The notes under the pieces were generated by a model, which was not told the origin of the DNA, searched no databases, and saw only the letters and a list, made by a program, of their open reading frames with translations. A stretch of 32,000 nucleotides of DNA from Alkalilimnicola ehrlichii MLHE-1. GTDB taxonomy: Bacteria; Pseudomonadota; Gammaproteobacteria; Nitrococcales; Halorhodospiraceae. The stretch is taken from positions 1,680,001 through 1,712,000 of the forward strand of contig NC_008340.1 in the NCBI RefSeq assembly GCF_000014785.1, read 5' to 3'. Position 1 is the stretch's first letter. The number at the start of each line of letters is the position of its first letter. Below are positions 9,422 to 20,648 of the stretch, in pieces. The translations under genes and the position numbers were made by a program.

Positions 9422-9620
9422 TGGTGCACTCCGGTCGTTGGTCGACAATGGCAGCAGACATTACCGTACTGGACCGCCCGATACCATTACCAATAAGCCA
9501 CTATGCCGTTCGGCGTGGTCCGCACGCCCCGGCACGGAGCCGGCCACTGCCCATCCACTTGCAAGCCCCCGAAAAACTGCCAGCATAGATTGTGTACCCC
9601 CACCCGCAGCGGAGTACCCC

Positions 9621-9908
9621 ATGAGCGAGCGCAACGAGTATCTCGAGAAGATCAAGGCAAAGATCGACGAATGGAACGCGGACATCGAAAAGCTGCAGGC
9701 CAAGGCCCGCCAGGCGGAGGCCGAGGCACGGATCCGCTACCGCGACCAGATCGAAGAACTGCGACGCCAGCGCAATCGCGCCGAGGAAAACCTCAAGGAG
9801 GCGCGGGGGGCCAGCGAGGAGGCGTTCCGCGAGATGCGCACGCGCTTGGAAGGGGCCTGGGATGACATCTCTAAGGCCTTCCGCAAGGCCGTCGATCGGT
9901 TCAAGTGA
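9621..9908 (+). CDS. Small coiled-coil protein (95 aa), function unknown
   Basis: The internal ATG 9621 of ORF 9438..9908 is preceded by GGAG (9611-9614). Sequence MSERNEYLEKIKAKIDEWNADIEKLQAKARQAEAEARIRYRDQIEELRRQRNRAEENLKEA is a charged heptad-like helix. A strong terminator follows. Confidence 0.7.
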   Translation: MSERNEYLEKIKAKIDEWNADIEKLQAKARQAEAEARIRYRDQIEELRRQRNRAEENLKEARGASEEAFREMRTRLEGAWDDISKAFRKAVDRFK

Positions 9909-9970
9909 GCGCCGCTGGCGGATCAACCCGCACCCCTTCCCGCCAGGGCTGAAGGCGGCCGTCGAAAGAC

Positions 9971-10004
9971 AAAAAAAAGCCAGGTCATAGGACCTGGCTT
10001 TTTT
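9971..10004. terminator. Bidirectional Rho-independent terminator
   Basis: A8 run (9971-9978), stem GCCAGGTC (9979-9986), loop ATAG, stem GACCTGGC (9991-9998), T6 run (9999-10004). It can serve the + strand coiled-coil gene and the - strand tRNA transcript. Confidence 0.85.
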
Positions 10005-10013
10005 GAATCAGAT

Positions 10014-10090
10014 TGGCGCGCCCGGGAAGATTCGAACTCCCAACCTCCTGATCCGTAGTCAGGTGCTCTATCCAGTTGAGCTACGGGCGC
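10014..10090 (-). tRNA. tRNA-Arg (anticodon ACG)
   Basis: Reverse complement is GCGCCCGTAGCTCAACTGGATAGAGCACCTGACTACGGATCAGGAGGTTGGGAGTTCGAATCTTCCCGGGCGCGCCA, 77 nt. It folds as a cloverleaf with anticodon loop CU-ACG-GA, T-loop GTTCGAATC and an encoded CCA. Confidence 0.95.
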
Positions 10091-10136
10091 CGAAAGAGCG
10101 CTTATTATGCCTAGCGCCGCAGGCCTCGTCAATGCC

Positions 10137-10228
10137 TGGCGGAGAGAGAGGGATTCGAACCCTCGATGGGCGTTTAAGCCCATACTCCCTTAGCAGGGGA
10201 GCGCCTTCAGCCACTCGGCCATCTCTCC
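10137..10228 (-). tRNA. tRNA-Ser (anticodon GCU), long variable arm
   Basis: Reverse complement is GGAGAGATGGCCGAGTGGCTGAAGGCGCTCCCCTGCTAAGGGAGTATGGGCTTAAACGCCCATCGAGGGTTCGAATCCCTCTCTCTCCGCCA, 92 nt. Acceptor GGAGAGA/TCTCTCC, anticodon loop CU-GCU-AA, class II variable arm. Confidence 0.95.
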
Positions 10229-10317
10229 GGTATTCAACGTTGGGCGGCCGCTTAGCCGCCGCAACGGGTGCATACGATACGCGAAAGCGCGTTACAGGTA
10301 AAGGCCAATACCGGGTG

Positions 10318-10518
10318 CTACTCGGAATTGCCCTTGTCTTCCGGACCACCCTCTTTTTCGTGGCGGATACGGTCGTAAATCTCTTCACGATGCACGGACA
10401 CATCACGCGGCGCATTCACGCCAATACGCACCTGGTTGCCCTTGACACCGAGCACGGTCACGCTGACGTCGTCTCCGATCATCAGCGTCTCACCAACGCG
10501 CCGAGTGAGAATCAACAT
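10318..10518 (-). CDS. csrA: Carbon storage regulator CsrA (RNA-binding translational regulator)
   Basis: [48 protein letters not shown] is near-canonical CsrA. The start is taken at the internal ATG (complement of 10516-10518) with GAGGG upstream. The ORF-track start at 10542 is probably too long. Confidence 0.95.
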   Translation of the reverse strand: MLILTRRVGETLMIGDDVSVTVLGVKGNQVRIGVNAPRDVSVHREEIYDRIRHEKEGGPEDKGNSE

Positions 10519-10675
10519 GTGCTTACCCTCGTAGCCATTCAACCCATTCTTGGGTGGTTGGGCGGGGCTGCCCGGTCACCGCCGCGCCCCACCCCTTCTG
10601 CTGTCATGCCCGGACACGACCCAGGGTCAATTGTCCGGGCACTCACACCCTGTGAGTCCGTGGAATCCTTAAAGT

Positions 10676-11926
10676 TCAGGCGTTGTCGCCTTCCACTTCC
10701 ACCTGGGCGTTCTCATCGTCGAGGCCGAAGGCGGTGTGCAGCGTGCGCACGCCCAGCTCGAGATACTTCTCGTCCACCACCACCGAGATCTTGATCTCGG
10801 ATGTGGAGATCATCTGGATGTTGATGCCCTCGGCCGACAGTGCCTTGAACATGGTGCTGGCCACCCCGGCGTGGGACCGCATGCCCACACCCACCAGTGA
10901 GAGCTTGACGATCTTCGGATCGCCGTAGATCTCCCGGGCACCCAGCTTGTCCTTGTTGTCCTGCAGGATCTTCAGCGCCTGCTCGTAATCCCGCTTGTGG
11001 ACGGTAAAGGTAAAGTCCGTCGCCCCGGAGGTGCTGACGTTCTGAATGATCATGTCCACCTCGATCCCCGCGTCGGAGATCGGGCCCAGGATGCTGGCGG
11101 CGATCCCGGGGACGTCCGGCGCGCCGAGCACGGTGAGCTTCGCCTCGTCACGATTGAAGGCAATGCCGGAGATCAGTGGTTCTTCCATTGGATTTTCCTC
11201 ATAGGTGATCAGCGTGCCAGGGCCTTCCTTGAAACTGGAAAGCACGCGCAGCGGCACCTTGTATTTCCCCGCAAACTCGACCGACCGGATCTGCAGGACC
11301 TTGGAGCCCAGGCTGGCCAGTTCCAGCATCTCCTCCACGGTGATCCGCTCCAGCCGGCGTGCCTTGGGCACCACCCGGGGGTCGGTGGTGTAGACCCCGT
11401 CCACGTCAGTGTAGATCTGGCACTCGTCGGCCTTCAGCGCCGCCGCGATGGCCACCGCAGTGGTATCGGACCCGCCCCGGCCGAGGGTGGTGATAGCGCC
11501 CGACTCGTCCACACCCTGGAAACCCGCCACGACCACCACGCGACCAAGACGCAGGTCGTCGTTGATCTGCTTGGCGTCGATGTCCAGGATCCGGGCGCGG
11601 CTGTGGGCGCTGTCGGTGAGGATGCGCACCTGCGGGCCGGTGTAGCAGCGGGCCGGCGTGCCGATGCTCTCCAAGGCCATTGTAAGCAGCGCGATGGTGA
11701 CCTGTTCCCCCGTGGAGACCAGCACATCCACCTCGCGAGCGGGCGGATTGGGCCCGATTTCCTCGGCCAGCGCCAGCAGGCGGTTGGTCTCGCCGCTCAT
11801 GGCGGAGACCACCACGACGACATCGTCCCCGCGCTCGCGACTGGCCTGGACCCGCCGGGCCACATTCTTGATTCTTTCGGTGGTGCCCACAGAGGTCCCA
11901 CCGTATTTCTGTACGATCAGTGCCAT
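10676..11926 (-). CDS. lysC: Aspartate kinase
   Basis: 416 aa. MALIVQKYGGTSVGTTERIKNVARRV, GRGGSDTTAVAIAAAL, and C-terminal ACT-domain repeats. Confidence 0.95.
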   Translation of the reverse strand: MALIVQKYGGTSVGTTERIKNVARRVQASRERGDDVVVVVSAMSGETNRLLALAEEIGPNPPAREVDVLVSTGEQVTIALLTMALESIGTPARCYTGPQVRILTDSAHSRARILDIDAKQINDDLRLGRVVVVAGFQGVDESGAITTLGRGGSDTTAVAIAAALKADECQIYTDVDGVYTTDPRVVPKARRLERITVEEMLELASLGSKVLQIRSVEFAGKYKVPLRVLSSFKEGPGTLITYEENPMEEPLISGIAFNRDEAKLTVLGAPDVPGIAASILGPISDAGIEVDMIIQNVSTSGATDFTFTVHKRDYEQALKILQDNKDKLGAREIYGDPKIVKLSLVGVGMRSHAGVASTMFKALSAEGINIQMISTSEIKISVVVDEKYLELGVRTLHTAFGLDDENAQVEVEGDNA

Positions 11927-11994
11927 ATTCTCTGAATTCGCAAAAGGGTAATTAAACTACAAATCTACCTGGTTTGAAAACCTGACCACAAGCC

Positions 11995-14604
<2,610 letters not shown>

Positions 14605-14652
14605 GTACTTGCCGTTGTCCGTTAGCCCGGCCGGTTTGGCCGGTGGTTGCCG

Positions 14653-15111
14653 TTAATCGGGCTGTGCCGCCGCCGACATCACCTGCCGGATATGCCCGGC
14701 GGCAAACCCCCTTCGTTCCAGATAGCGCTGCTGCCGGGCCCGCTCCCGCAGGTCCGCCGGGGCCGTCCCAAAACGGCGGGCCCACACCTGACGGGCCAGG
14801 TCTGCCCAGTCGATCTGCCGCTCCACCTCTGCCAATGCCGGGCCGGCCACGGCATCGGCCACGCCCCGCTCGCGCAACTCGGCACGGATCCGCAGCGGCC
14901 CGTACCCCTGCTCCACACGGTGGCGGACCCAGCTCTCGGCATAGCGGGCGTCGCTCTGCAGCCCCTCCTGCGCCAAGCGGGCGATGACGGCGTCGGCCAG
15001 TTCCTCGGGAACCCCTCGCCGGGTCAGCTTGAAGGCGAGTTCGCGGACGGAATGCTCACGCCGCGCGAGCAGGCGGATGGCCTGCTCGCGCACCTCGGCT
15101 TCGCGCTCCAA
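14653..15111 (-). CDS. recX: RecA regulator RecX
   Basis: The C-terminal 150 aa of ORF 14653..15267 match RecX repeats (AIRLLARREHSVRELAFKLTRRGVPEELADAVIARLAQEGLQSDARYAESWV...). The ORF-track start overlaps recA. I prefer TTG at the complement of 15109-15111, 7 nt after the recA stop, with AGGAGG upstream. The start is uncertain (the GTG at 15093 is also possible). Confidence 0.8.
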   Translation of the reverse strand: MEREAEVREQAIRLLARREHSVRELAFKLTRRGVPEELADAVIARLAQEGLQSDARYAESWVRHRVEQGYGPLRIRAELRERGVADAVAGPALAEVERQIDWADLARQVWARRFGTAPADLRERARQQRYLERRGFAAGHIRQVMSAAAQPD

Positions 15112-15118
15112 GGCGGCC

Positions 15119-16162
15119 TCAGGCCTCCTGACCGCTTTCGGTGCCCTGGGCCTCGCTGGATGGGGCCCGCCCGGGCAGCAGCTTGTCGCGGATCTGCTTT
15201 TCCAGTTCCGCGGCCAGTTCCGGGTGCTCTTTGAGGTAGTTGCGGACGTTGTCTTTGCCCTGGCCAATGCGGTCGCCGTTGTGGCTGTACCAGGCCCCGG
15301 CCTTCTCGATCAGGCCCTCCTTGACACCCAGGTCGATCAACTCCCCCTCGTGGGAGATACCCTGGCCGTAGAGGATCTCGAACTCCGCCTGCTTGAACGG
15401 CGGCGCCATCTTGTTCTTGACCACCTTGACCCGGGTCTCGTTGCCCAGGACCTCGTCGCCCTTCTTGATGGCACCCAGGCGACGGATATCCATGCGCACC
15501 GAGCTGTAGAATTTCAGCGCGTTACCCCCGGTGGTGGTCTCGGGGCTGCCGAACATTACCCCAATCTTCATGCGGATCTGATTGATGAAGATAACCAGGG
15601 TGTTGGAGCGTTTGATGTTGGCGGTGAGCTTGCGCAGGGCTTGGGACATCAGCCGCGCCTGCAGGCCCACGTGAGAGTCGCCCATCTCGCCCTCGATCTC
15701 GGCCTTGGGCGTGAGCGCGGCGACCGAGTCCACCACCACCACGTCCACGGCGCCGGAACGGACCAGCATGTCGGTGATCTCCAGCGCCTGCTCGCCGGTG
15801 TCCGGCTGGGAGACCAGCAGGTCGTCCAGGTTGACCCCCAGCTTCTCTGCGTAGTCGGGGTCCAGTGCGTGCTCGGCGTCGACGAAGGCGGCGGTGCCGC
15901 CCGCCTTCTGCGCCTCGGCGATCGCGTGCAGGGTCAGGGTGGTCTTGCCGGAGGACTCCGGGCCGTAGATCTCCACCACCCGCCCCTTGGGCAGGCCGCC
16001 CACGCCCAGGGCGATATCGAGCTGCAGCGAGCCGGTGGAGATGACCTCCACGTCGCCGCGCACGGCGCGGGCATCACCCATGCGCATGACCGCGCCCTTG
16101 CCAAACTGCCGTTCGATCTGTCCCAGGGCAGCGCCCAGTGCTTTCTTGCGATTTTCGTCCAT
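15119..16162 (-). CDS. recA: Recombinase RecA
   Basis: 347 aa. [24 protein letters not shown], Walker [45 protein letters not shown]. Confidence 0.98.
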   Translation of the reverse strand: MDENRKKALGAALGQIERQFGKGAVMRMGDARAVRGDVEVISTGSLQLDIALGVGGLPKGRVVEIYGPESSGKTTLTLHAIAEAQKAGGTAAFVDAEHALDPDYAEKLGVNLDDLLVSQPDTGEQALEITDMLVRSGAVDVVVVDSVAALTPKAEIEGEMGDSHVGLQARLMSQALRKLTANIKRSNTLVIFINQIRMKIGVMFGSPETTTGGNALKFYSSVRMDIRRLGAIKKGDEVLGNETRVKVVKNKMAPPFKQAEFEILYGQGISHEGELIDLGVKEGLIEKAGAWYSHNGDRIGQGKDNVRNYLKEHPELAAELEKQIRDKLLPGRAPSSEAQGTESGQEA

Positions 16163-16173
16163 GTGCGGCCCTC

Positions 16174-16187
16174 GTGAACCGGTTCAC
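16174..16187. promoter_or_regulatory. Perfect 14 bp palindrome GTGAACCGGTTCAC immediately upstream of the recA Shine-Dalgarno
   Basis: The minus strand reads GTGAACCGGTTCAC-GAGGG-CCGCAC-ATG(recA). This is a GAAC-N2-GTTC core. Its function is unknown; it could be an operator or a 5' UTR hairpin. Confidence 0.3.
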
Positions 16188-16295
16188 AAACGGGTGCCCG
16201 CCACTCCCGGCGCCGGGCGTAAAGGGGGGACATTATTCCATACTAGGCCTGGGTCTCGCACCCTTGCGTGGGAGACGGCGCCGGCGGCGCCAACC

Positions 16296-16802
16296 CTAGC
16301 CGGCGTCGCCGCCGAGGCGCTCCCGGAGACCATCCAAGGCCAGGGCCACGGCCTCCCGGCGCACGGCCTCGCGATCACCGGCGAACAGGCGGCGCTCGCA
16401 ACAGACGCGCCCGCTCGGCAGGGCCCAGCCGAACCAGACCAGGCCCACCGGTTTCTCCGCCGTGCCACCCGTCGGACCCGCCACACCGCTGACCGACAAC
16501 GCCGCATTGGCGCCGGAGCGTTCGCGGGCGCCGGCCGCCAAGGCCTCGACCACCGGTGCGCTGACCGCCCCGTGGCGTGCCAGCAGCGCCTCCGGCACAC
16601 CGAGATCGGCCACCTTGGCGGCATTGGAGTAGACAATCCAACCGCGCTCGAACCAGTCGGAGCTCCCGGCCAGATCGGTGATCACCTTGCCGATCCAGCC
16701 CCCGGTGCAGGACTCGGCCACCGCCAACCGCCATTGCCGGCGCGTGAGCAGCTCGGCCAGGCGCCCGGCCCGTTCCGCCAGGGCCGCATCATCGTTTAGC
16801 AT
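16296..16802 (-). CDS. pncC: Nicotinamide-nucleotide amidohydrolase PncC / CinA C-terminal domain protein
   Basis: 168 aa. [38 protein letters not shown] is the CinA/PncC signature. The position upstream of recA matches E. coli and Pseudomonas. Confidence 0.9.
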   Translation of the reverse strand: MLNDDAALAERAGRLAELLTRRQWRLAVAESCTGGWIGKVITDLAGSSDWFERGWIVYSNAAKVADLGVPEALLARHGAVSAPVVEALAAGARERSGANAALSVSGVAGPTGGTAEKPVGLVWFGWALPSGRVCCERRLFAGDREAVRREAVALALDGLRERLGGDAG

Positions 16803-16848
16803 GAGCCCCCTTCCCCTTTACGGCAGTCGATGGAGCATAACCAGCACA

Positions 16849-19485
16849 ATGGCCCAGTCCAGTCCCAAGGCATCGTCGCGGCATACGCCCATGATGCGCC
16901 AGTTCCTGCGCATCAAGGCCGAACACCCGGACATCCTGCTCTTCTACCGGATGGGCGATTTCTACGAACTATTCTACGAGGATGCCGAACGGGCCGCGAA
17001 GCTGCTGGACATCACCCTGACCACCCGCGGGCAGTCCGCCGGCGAACCCATCCCCATGGCCGGCGTGCCGGTGCACGCGGTGGAGAGCTATCTGGCGCGG
17101 CTGGTGCGCCAGGGCGAATCGGTGGCCATCTGCGAACAGATCGGCGACCCGGACAACAGCAAGGGCCCGGTGGAGCGGCAGGTGGTGCGTATCGTCACCC
17201 CCGGCACCCTGACTGACGAGGCCCTGCTCGAGGAACGTCAAAGCAACATCCTGGCGGCCCTGAGCTGCCATCAATCGCGCTGGGGGCTGGCCAGCCTGGA
17301 GCTCTCCAGCGGCCGGTTCAGCCTCACCGAACCTGCCGACGAGCAGGCCCTTGCCGCCGACCTGGAGCGGCTGAACCCCGCCGAGTTGCTGGTGGACGAG
17401 GCGCTCACCCTGCCCACGGGCCTGGCCGTGGGGCCGGGGCTCACCCGCCGGCCACCCTGGCACTTCGAGCTCGATACCGCAACCGACCTACTCACAGAGC
17501 AGTTCGGCACCCGCGATCTGGCCGGCTTCGGCGCCCAGGACCACAGCGCAGGGCTCGCCGCCGCCGGCGCCCTGCTCCAGTACGTCCGTGAGACCCAGCG
17601 CTCCGCCCTGCCCCATATCCGCAGGCTGCAGGTGGAACACGGCGATCAGGCCATCGTCATCGACGCCGCCAGCCGCCGGAACCTTGAGCTGGAACGCAAC
17701 CTCTCCGGGGGCACCGAACACACCCTTGCCTCGGTGCTGGACAGTACCGTCAACGCAATGGGCAGCCGCCTGCTGCGCCGCTGGCTCAACCGCCCGCTGC
17801 GCGACCGCACCACCCTGCAGGCCCGCCACCAGGCCGTGGAGATCCTGATGGCCGAGTCCCTGACCGAGGCGCTTCGCCGCCAGCTCCGGGGAATCAGCGA
17901 CGTGGAGCGCATCCTTGCCCGGGTGGCATTGGGCAGCGCCCGGCCCCGGGATCTCACTGGCCTGCGGGAGACGCTCGCCCGGCTCCCGGACATCCAGGCC
18001 ACCCTCACCGGTGCCGGCGCTCCTCGGCTGGTGGACCTGGCGGCGCAGTGCGGGGAACACCCGCAGACCCTGGACCACTTGCGCCGCGCCCTGGTGGACC
18101 AGCCACCGGTGGTGATCCGCGACGGCGGGGTCATCGCCGAAGGCTATGATGCGACCCTGGATGAGTTGCGGACGCTTTCAGAAAACGCCGATAACTACTT
18201 GTTGGAACTCGAACAACGCGAGCGGGAACGCACGGGGATCAGCACCCTGAAGGTGGGTTATAACCGGGTACACGGCTACTACATCGAGGTCACCCGCGCC
18301 CAGGCTGATGCGGTGCCCGCCGAGTATGTCCGACGCCAGACCCTCAAAGGGGTGGAGCGCTATATCCTCCCTGAACTCAAGGCCTTCGAGGACAAAGTGC
18401 TGTCGGCACGTGAAAAGGCCCTGGCCCGCGAGAAGGTCCTCTATGAGCAATTGCTCGCCAGCCTGGCCAGCGACCTGGCGCCGCTTCAGGACACCGCCGC
18501 GGCACTGGCGGAGCTGGACACCCTGGCCGCCTTCGCGGAACGCGCGCAGGCGCTGGACTACTCTCGCCCGGAACTGCGCGATGGGGCGGGACTGCGCATT
18601 GAGGCCGGCCGGCACCCGGTGGTGGAATACAGCCTCGACGGCCCCTTCGTCCCCAACGACCTGACACTGGACGACCGCAGGCGGATGCTGATCATCACCG
18701 GGCCCAACATGGGGGGCAAGTCCACCTATATGCGCCAGGTGGCGCTGATCACCCTGATGGCGCATATCGGCAGTTTTGTACCGGCGCGCGCCGCCAGCCT
18801 GGGCCCGGTGGATCGGATCTTCACCCGGATCGGCGCCTCCGACGACCTGGCCGGTGGCCGCTCCACCTTCATGGTGGAGATGACCGAGACGGCGAACATC
18901 CTGCACAACGCCACCGCGCAAAGCCTGGTGTTAATGGACGAAATCGGGCGAGGCACCAGCACCTTCGACGGCCTGGCCCTGGCCTGGGCGACCGCCGAAC
19001 GGCTGGCCCGCGACCAGCGCGCCTACACCCTTTTCGCCACCCACTATTTCGAGATGACAGCGCTGCCCGAGCAATGTCCCGGTGCCAGCAACGTCCACCT
19101 GGATGCCGTGGAGCACGGCGAGCGCATCGTCTTTCTGCATGCGGTCAAACCCGGCCCGGCGAGCCAGAGCTACGGCCTCCAGGTGGCCGCGTTGGCGGGC
19201 GTCCCCGGGCCGGTGCTGGAGGCCGCCCGCGAGAAGCTGCGGGCGCTCGAAGAGGAGAGTTCCCGCCAGAGGGCCGAGCCGGATCAGCTCTCACTCTTCG
19301 CGGAACCGGCGCCGCCCCCACCCCTGCCCAGTGCCGCCGAGCAGGCGCTGTCGGAGGTGGACCCGGACGAACTCTCACCCCGCCAGGCCCTGGACCTGCT
19401 CTACCGTCTGAAGGCGTTGACCAGTGGCGAGGAAGGGGCGGACAAAAAGGCGCGGGGCGATGCAGTCGATGCCCGGAGTCGCTAG
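16849..19485 (+). CDS. mutS: DNA mismatch repair protein MutS
   Basis: The internal ATG 16849 of ORF 16678..19485 gives [42 protein letters not shown], the canonical MutS N-terminus. Walker A is [13 protein letters not shown]. The gene is divergent from pncC with a 46 bp gap. Confidence 0.97.
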   Translation: MAQSSPKASSRHTPMMRQFLRIKAEHPDILLFYRMGDFYELFYEDAERAAKLLDITLTTRGQSAGEPIPMAGVPVHAVESYLARLVRQGESVAICEQIGDPDNSKGPVERQVVRIVTPGTLTDEALLEERQSNILAALSCHQSRWGLASLELSSGRFSLTEPADEQALAADLERLNPAELLVDEALTLPTGLAVGPGLTRRPPWHFELDTATDLLTEQFGTRDLAGFGAQDHSAGLAAAGALLQYVRETQRSALPHIRRLQVEHGDQAIVIDAASRRNLELERNLSGGTEHTLASVLDSTVNAMGSRLLRRWLNRPLRDRTTLQARHQAVEILMAESLTEALRRQLRGISDVERILARVALGSARPRDLTGLRETLARLPDIQATLTGAGAPRLVDLAAQCGEHPQTLDHLRRALVDQPPVVIRDGGVIAEGYDATLDELRTLSENADNYLLELEQRERERTGISTLKVGYNRVHGYYIEVTRAQADAVPAEYVRRQTLKGVERYILPELKAFEDKVLSAREKALAREKVLYEQLLASLASDLAPLQDTAAALAELDTLAAFAERAQALDYSRPELRDGAGLRIEAGRHPVVEYSLDGPFVPNDLTLDDRRRMLIITGPNMGGKSTYMRQVALITLMAHIGSFVPARAASLGPVDRIFTRIGASDDLAGGRSTFMVEMTETANILHNATAQSLVLMDEIGRGTSTFDGLALAWATAERLARDQRAYTLFATHYFEMTALPEQCPGASNVHLDAVEHGERIVFLHAVKPGPASQSYGLQVAALAGVPGPVLEAAREKLRALEEESSRQRAEPDQLSLFAEPAPPPPLPSAAEQALSEVDPDELSPRQALDLLYRLKALTSGEEGADKKARGDAVDARSR

Positions 19486-19592
19486 AATAGCGCCGACCCG
19501 GCAGGCGTGAGACCCTGCCAAAACGGATCAGACACCCGCGCGGCGGGCCCTCGGCCCGCTGCGTATCGACCTTGCGATTAGGGAGCGACGCA

Positions 19593-19916
19593 ATGACCTA
19601 CGTCGTCACTGAGAACTGCATTAAGTGCAAGTACACGGATTGCGTGGAAGTGTGCCCGGTGGACTGCTTCCACGAAGGCCCGAACTTCCTCGTGATCGAT
19701 CCCGATGAATGCATCGACTGCACCCTCTGCGAGCCGGAGTGCCCCGCCGAGGCGATCTACTCGGAGGATGACCTGCCCGCCGGTCAGGAGGAGTTCCTGG
19801 CACTGAACGCGGAACTGGCCCAAGAGTGGCCGGTGATCACCGAGCAGAAGGACCCGCCGGAGGATGCCGACGAGTGGGACGGCAAGCCCAACAAGCTGGA
19901 GCTGCTCGAGCGCTGA
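19593..19916 (+). CDS. fdxA: 7Fe ferredoxin (Azotobacter FdI type)
   Basis: [51 protein letters not shown] carries the [3Fe-4S][4Fe-4S] Cys pattern. GGGAG lies at 19581-19585. mutS-fdxA adjacency also occurs in Pseudomonas. Confidence 0.93.
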   Translation: MTYVVTENCIKCKYTDCVEVCPVDCFHEGPNFLVIDPDECIDCTLCEPECPAEAIYSEDDLPAGQEEFLALNAELAQEWPVITEQKDPPEDADEWDGKPNKLELLER

Positions 19917-19950
19917 CCCGGCGCGGCGGCAGACCATCGATCCTCACGCC

Positions 19951-19980
19951 AAAAGGGCGGCCATATGGCCGCCCTTTTTC
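19951..19980 (+). terminator. Rho-independent terminator of fdxA
   Basis: Stem GGGCGGCC (19955-19962), loop ATAT, stem GGCCGCCC (19967-19974), T5 run (19975-19979). Confidence 0.85.
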
Positions 19981-20221
19981 AATAGGTTAACGGATATTTC
20001 TCCCCGTCACCGCGAGGGCCAGCGGGTTTCTCCCCGTCATCGCGAGCCCCCCTCCCCGCTGCGCGGGCCCGAATCAACGAGGAACGGGGCACCCCCGGTC
20101 ATCGCGAGCCCGCCCCCCGCTGCGCGGGCCCGAATCAGGGAAGAACGGCGGGGCTGCCATGGCGAGGGCCGCGGGTTTTCGGTCGTCATCGCGAGGGGGG
20201 CGCCCCACCCGTCATCGCGAG

Positions 20222-20395
20222 GGCCGAAGGCCTTTCCCCCGTCATCGCGAGGGCCGAAGGCCCGCGGCGATCCAGGGCGGTAGACTGCCACGTCGGCTTC
20301 GCCTCCTCGCAGTGACGGTGGGGGGGGTCCGCGCTCGCAGTGAGGGTAGGGGGCGCCCGCAGCGTCTGGCCATGTTCATCAAGAGGGCCGAAGGC
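20222..20395. repeat. Long direct repeat copy A (~174 bp)
   Basis: Aligns with 20474..20648 with fewer than 10 mismatches or indels by eye; period is about 252 bp. It contains an ~80 nt hairpin unit at 20239-20318 (CCGTCATCGCGAGGGCCGAAGGCC ... GGCTTCGCCTCCTCGCAGTGACGG). Confidence 0.85.
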
Positions 20396-20473
20396 TTTCC
20401 TCGTCATCGCGAGCCCCCCGCCCCGCTGCGCGGGCCCGAATCAACGAGGAACGGGGCACCCCTGTCATTGCCA

Positions 20474-20648
20474 GGGCCGAAGGCTTTCCCCCCGTCATCG
20501 CGAGGGCCGAAGGCCCGTGGCGATCCAGAGGGGTAGACTGCCACGTCGGCTTCGCCTCCTCGCAGTGACGGTGGGGGTGGGTCCGCGTTCACAGTGAGGG
20601 TAGGGGGCGCCCGCAGCGTCTGGCCATGTTCATCAAGAGGGCCGAAGG
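20474..20648. repeat. Long direct repeat copy B (~175 bp), followed by a partial third copy to about 20711
   Basis: Same sequence as 20222..20395. The hairpin unit is at 20492-20571. The segment 20649-20711 repeats 20261-20323. Confidence 0.85.

Noticed and set aside
4462-10013. Classical integrative island (integrase plus att direct repeat) next to tRNA-Arg
   Set aside because: No integrase or transposase ORF is present, and I could not find a copy of the tRNA-Arg 3' end (ttcgaactcccaacc or tggcgcgcccggg) elsewhere in the block. It is reported only as a compositionally mixed accessory islet.
10003-10794. 263 aa plus-strand ORF crossing both tRNA genes and csrA, and the 86 aa and 115 aa minus-strand ORFs at 9923..10183 and 10068..10415
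   Set aside because: They run through two well-folded tRNA genes and antisense to, or out of frame with, a canonical csrA. They are artefacts.
11927-11994. Lysine riboswitch or terminator in the AT-rich alaS-lysC spacer
   Set aside because: The spacer is only 68 nt, far too short for an L-box. The GGTTTGAAAACC hairpin has 4-5 bp and no U-tract.
16163-16295. Canonical LexA box (CTGT-N8-ACAG) upstream of recA
   Set aside because: I scanned both strands by eye and found no match. The nearest string, TAGTATGGAATAATGT, lacks dyad symmetry. Only the GTGAACCGGTTCAC palindrome is reported.
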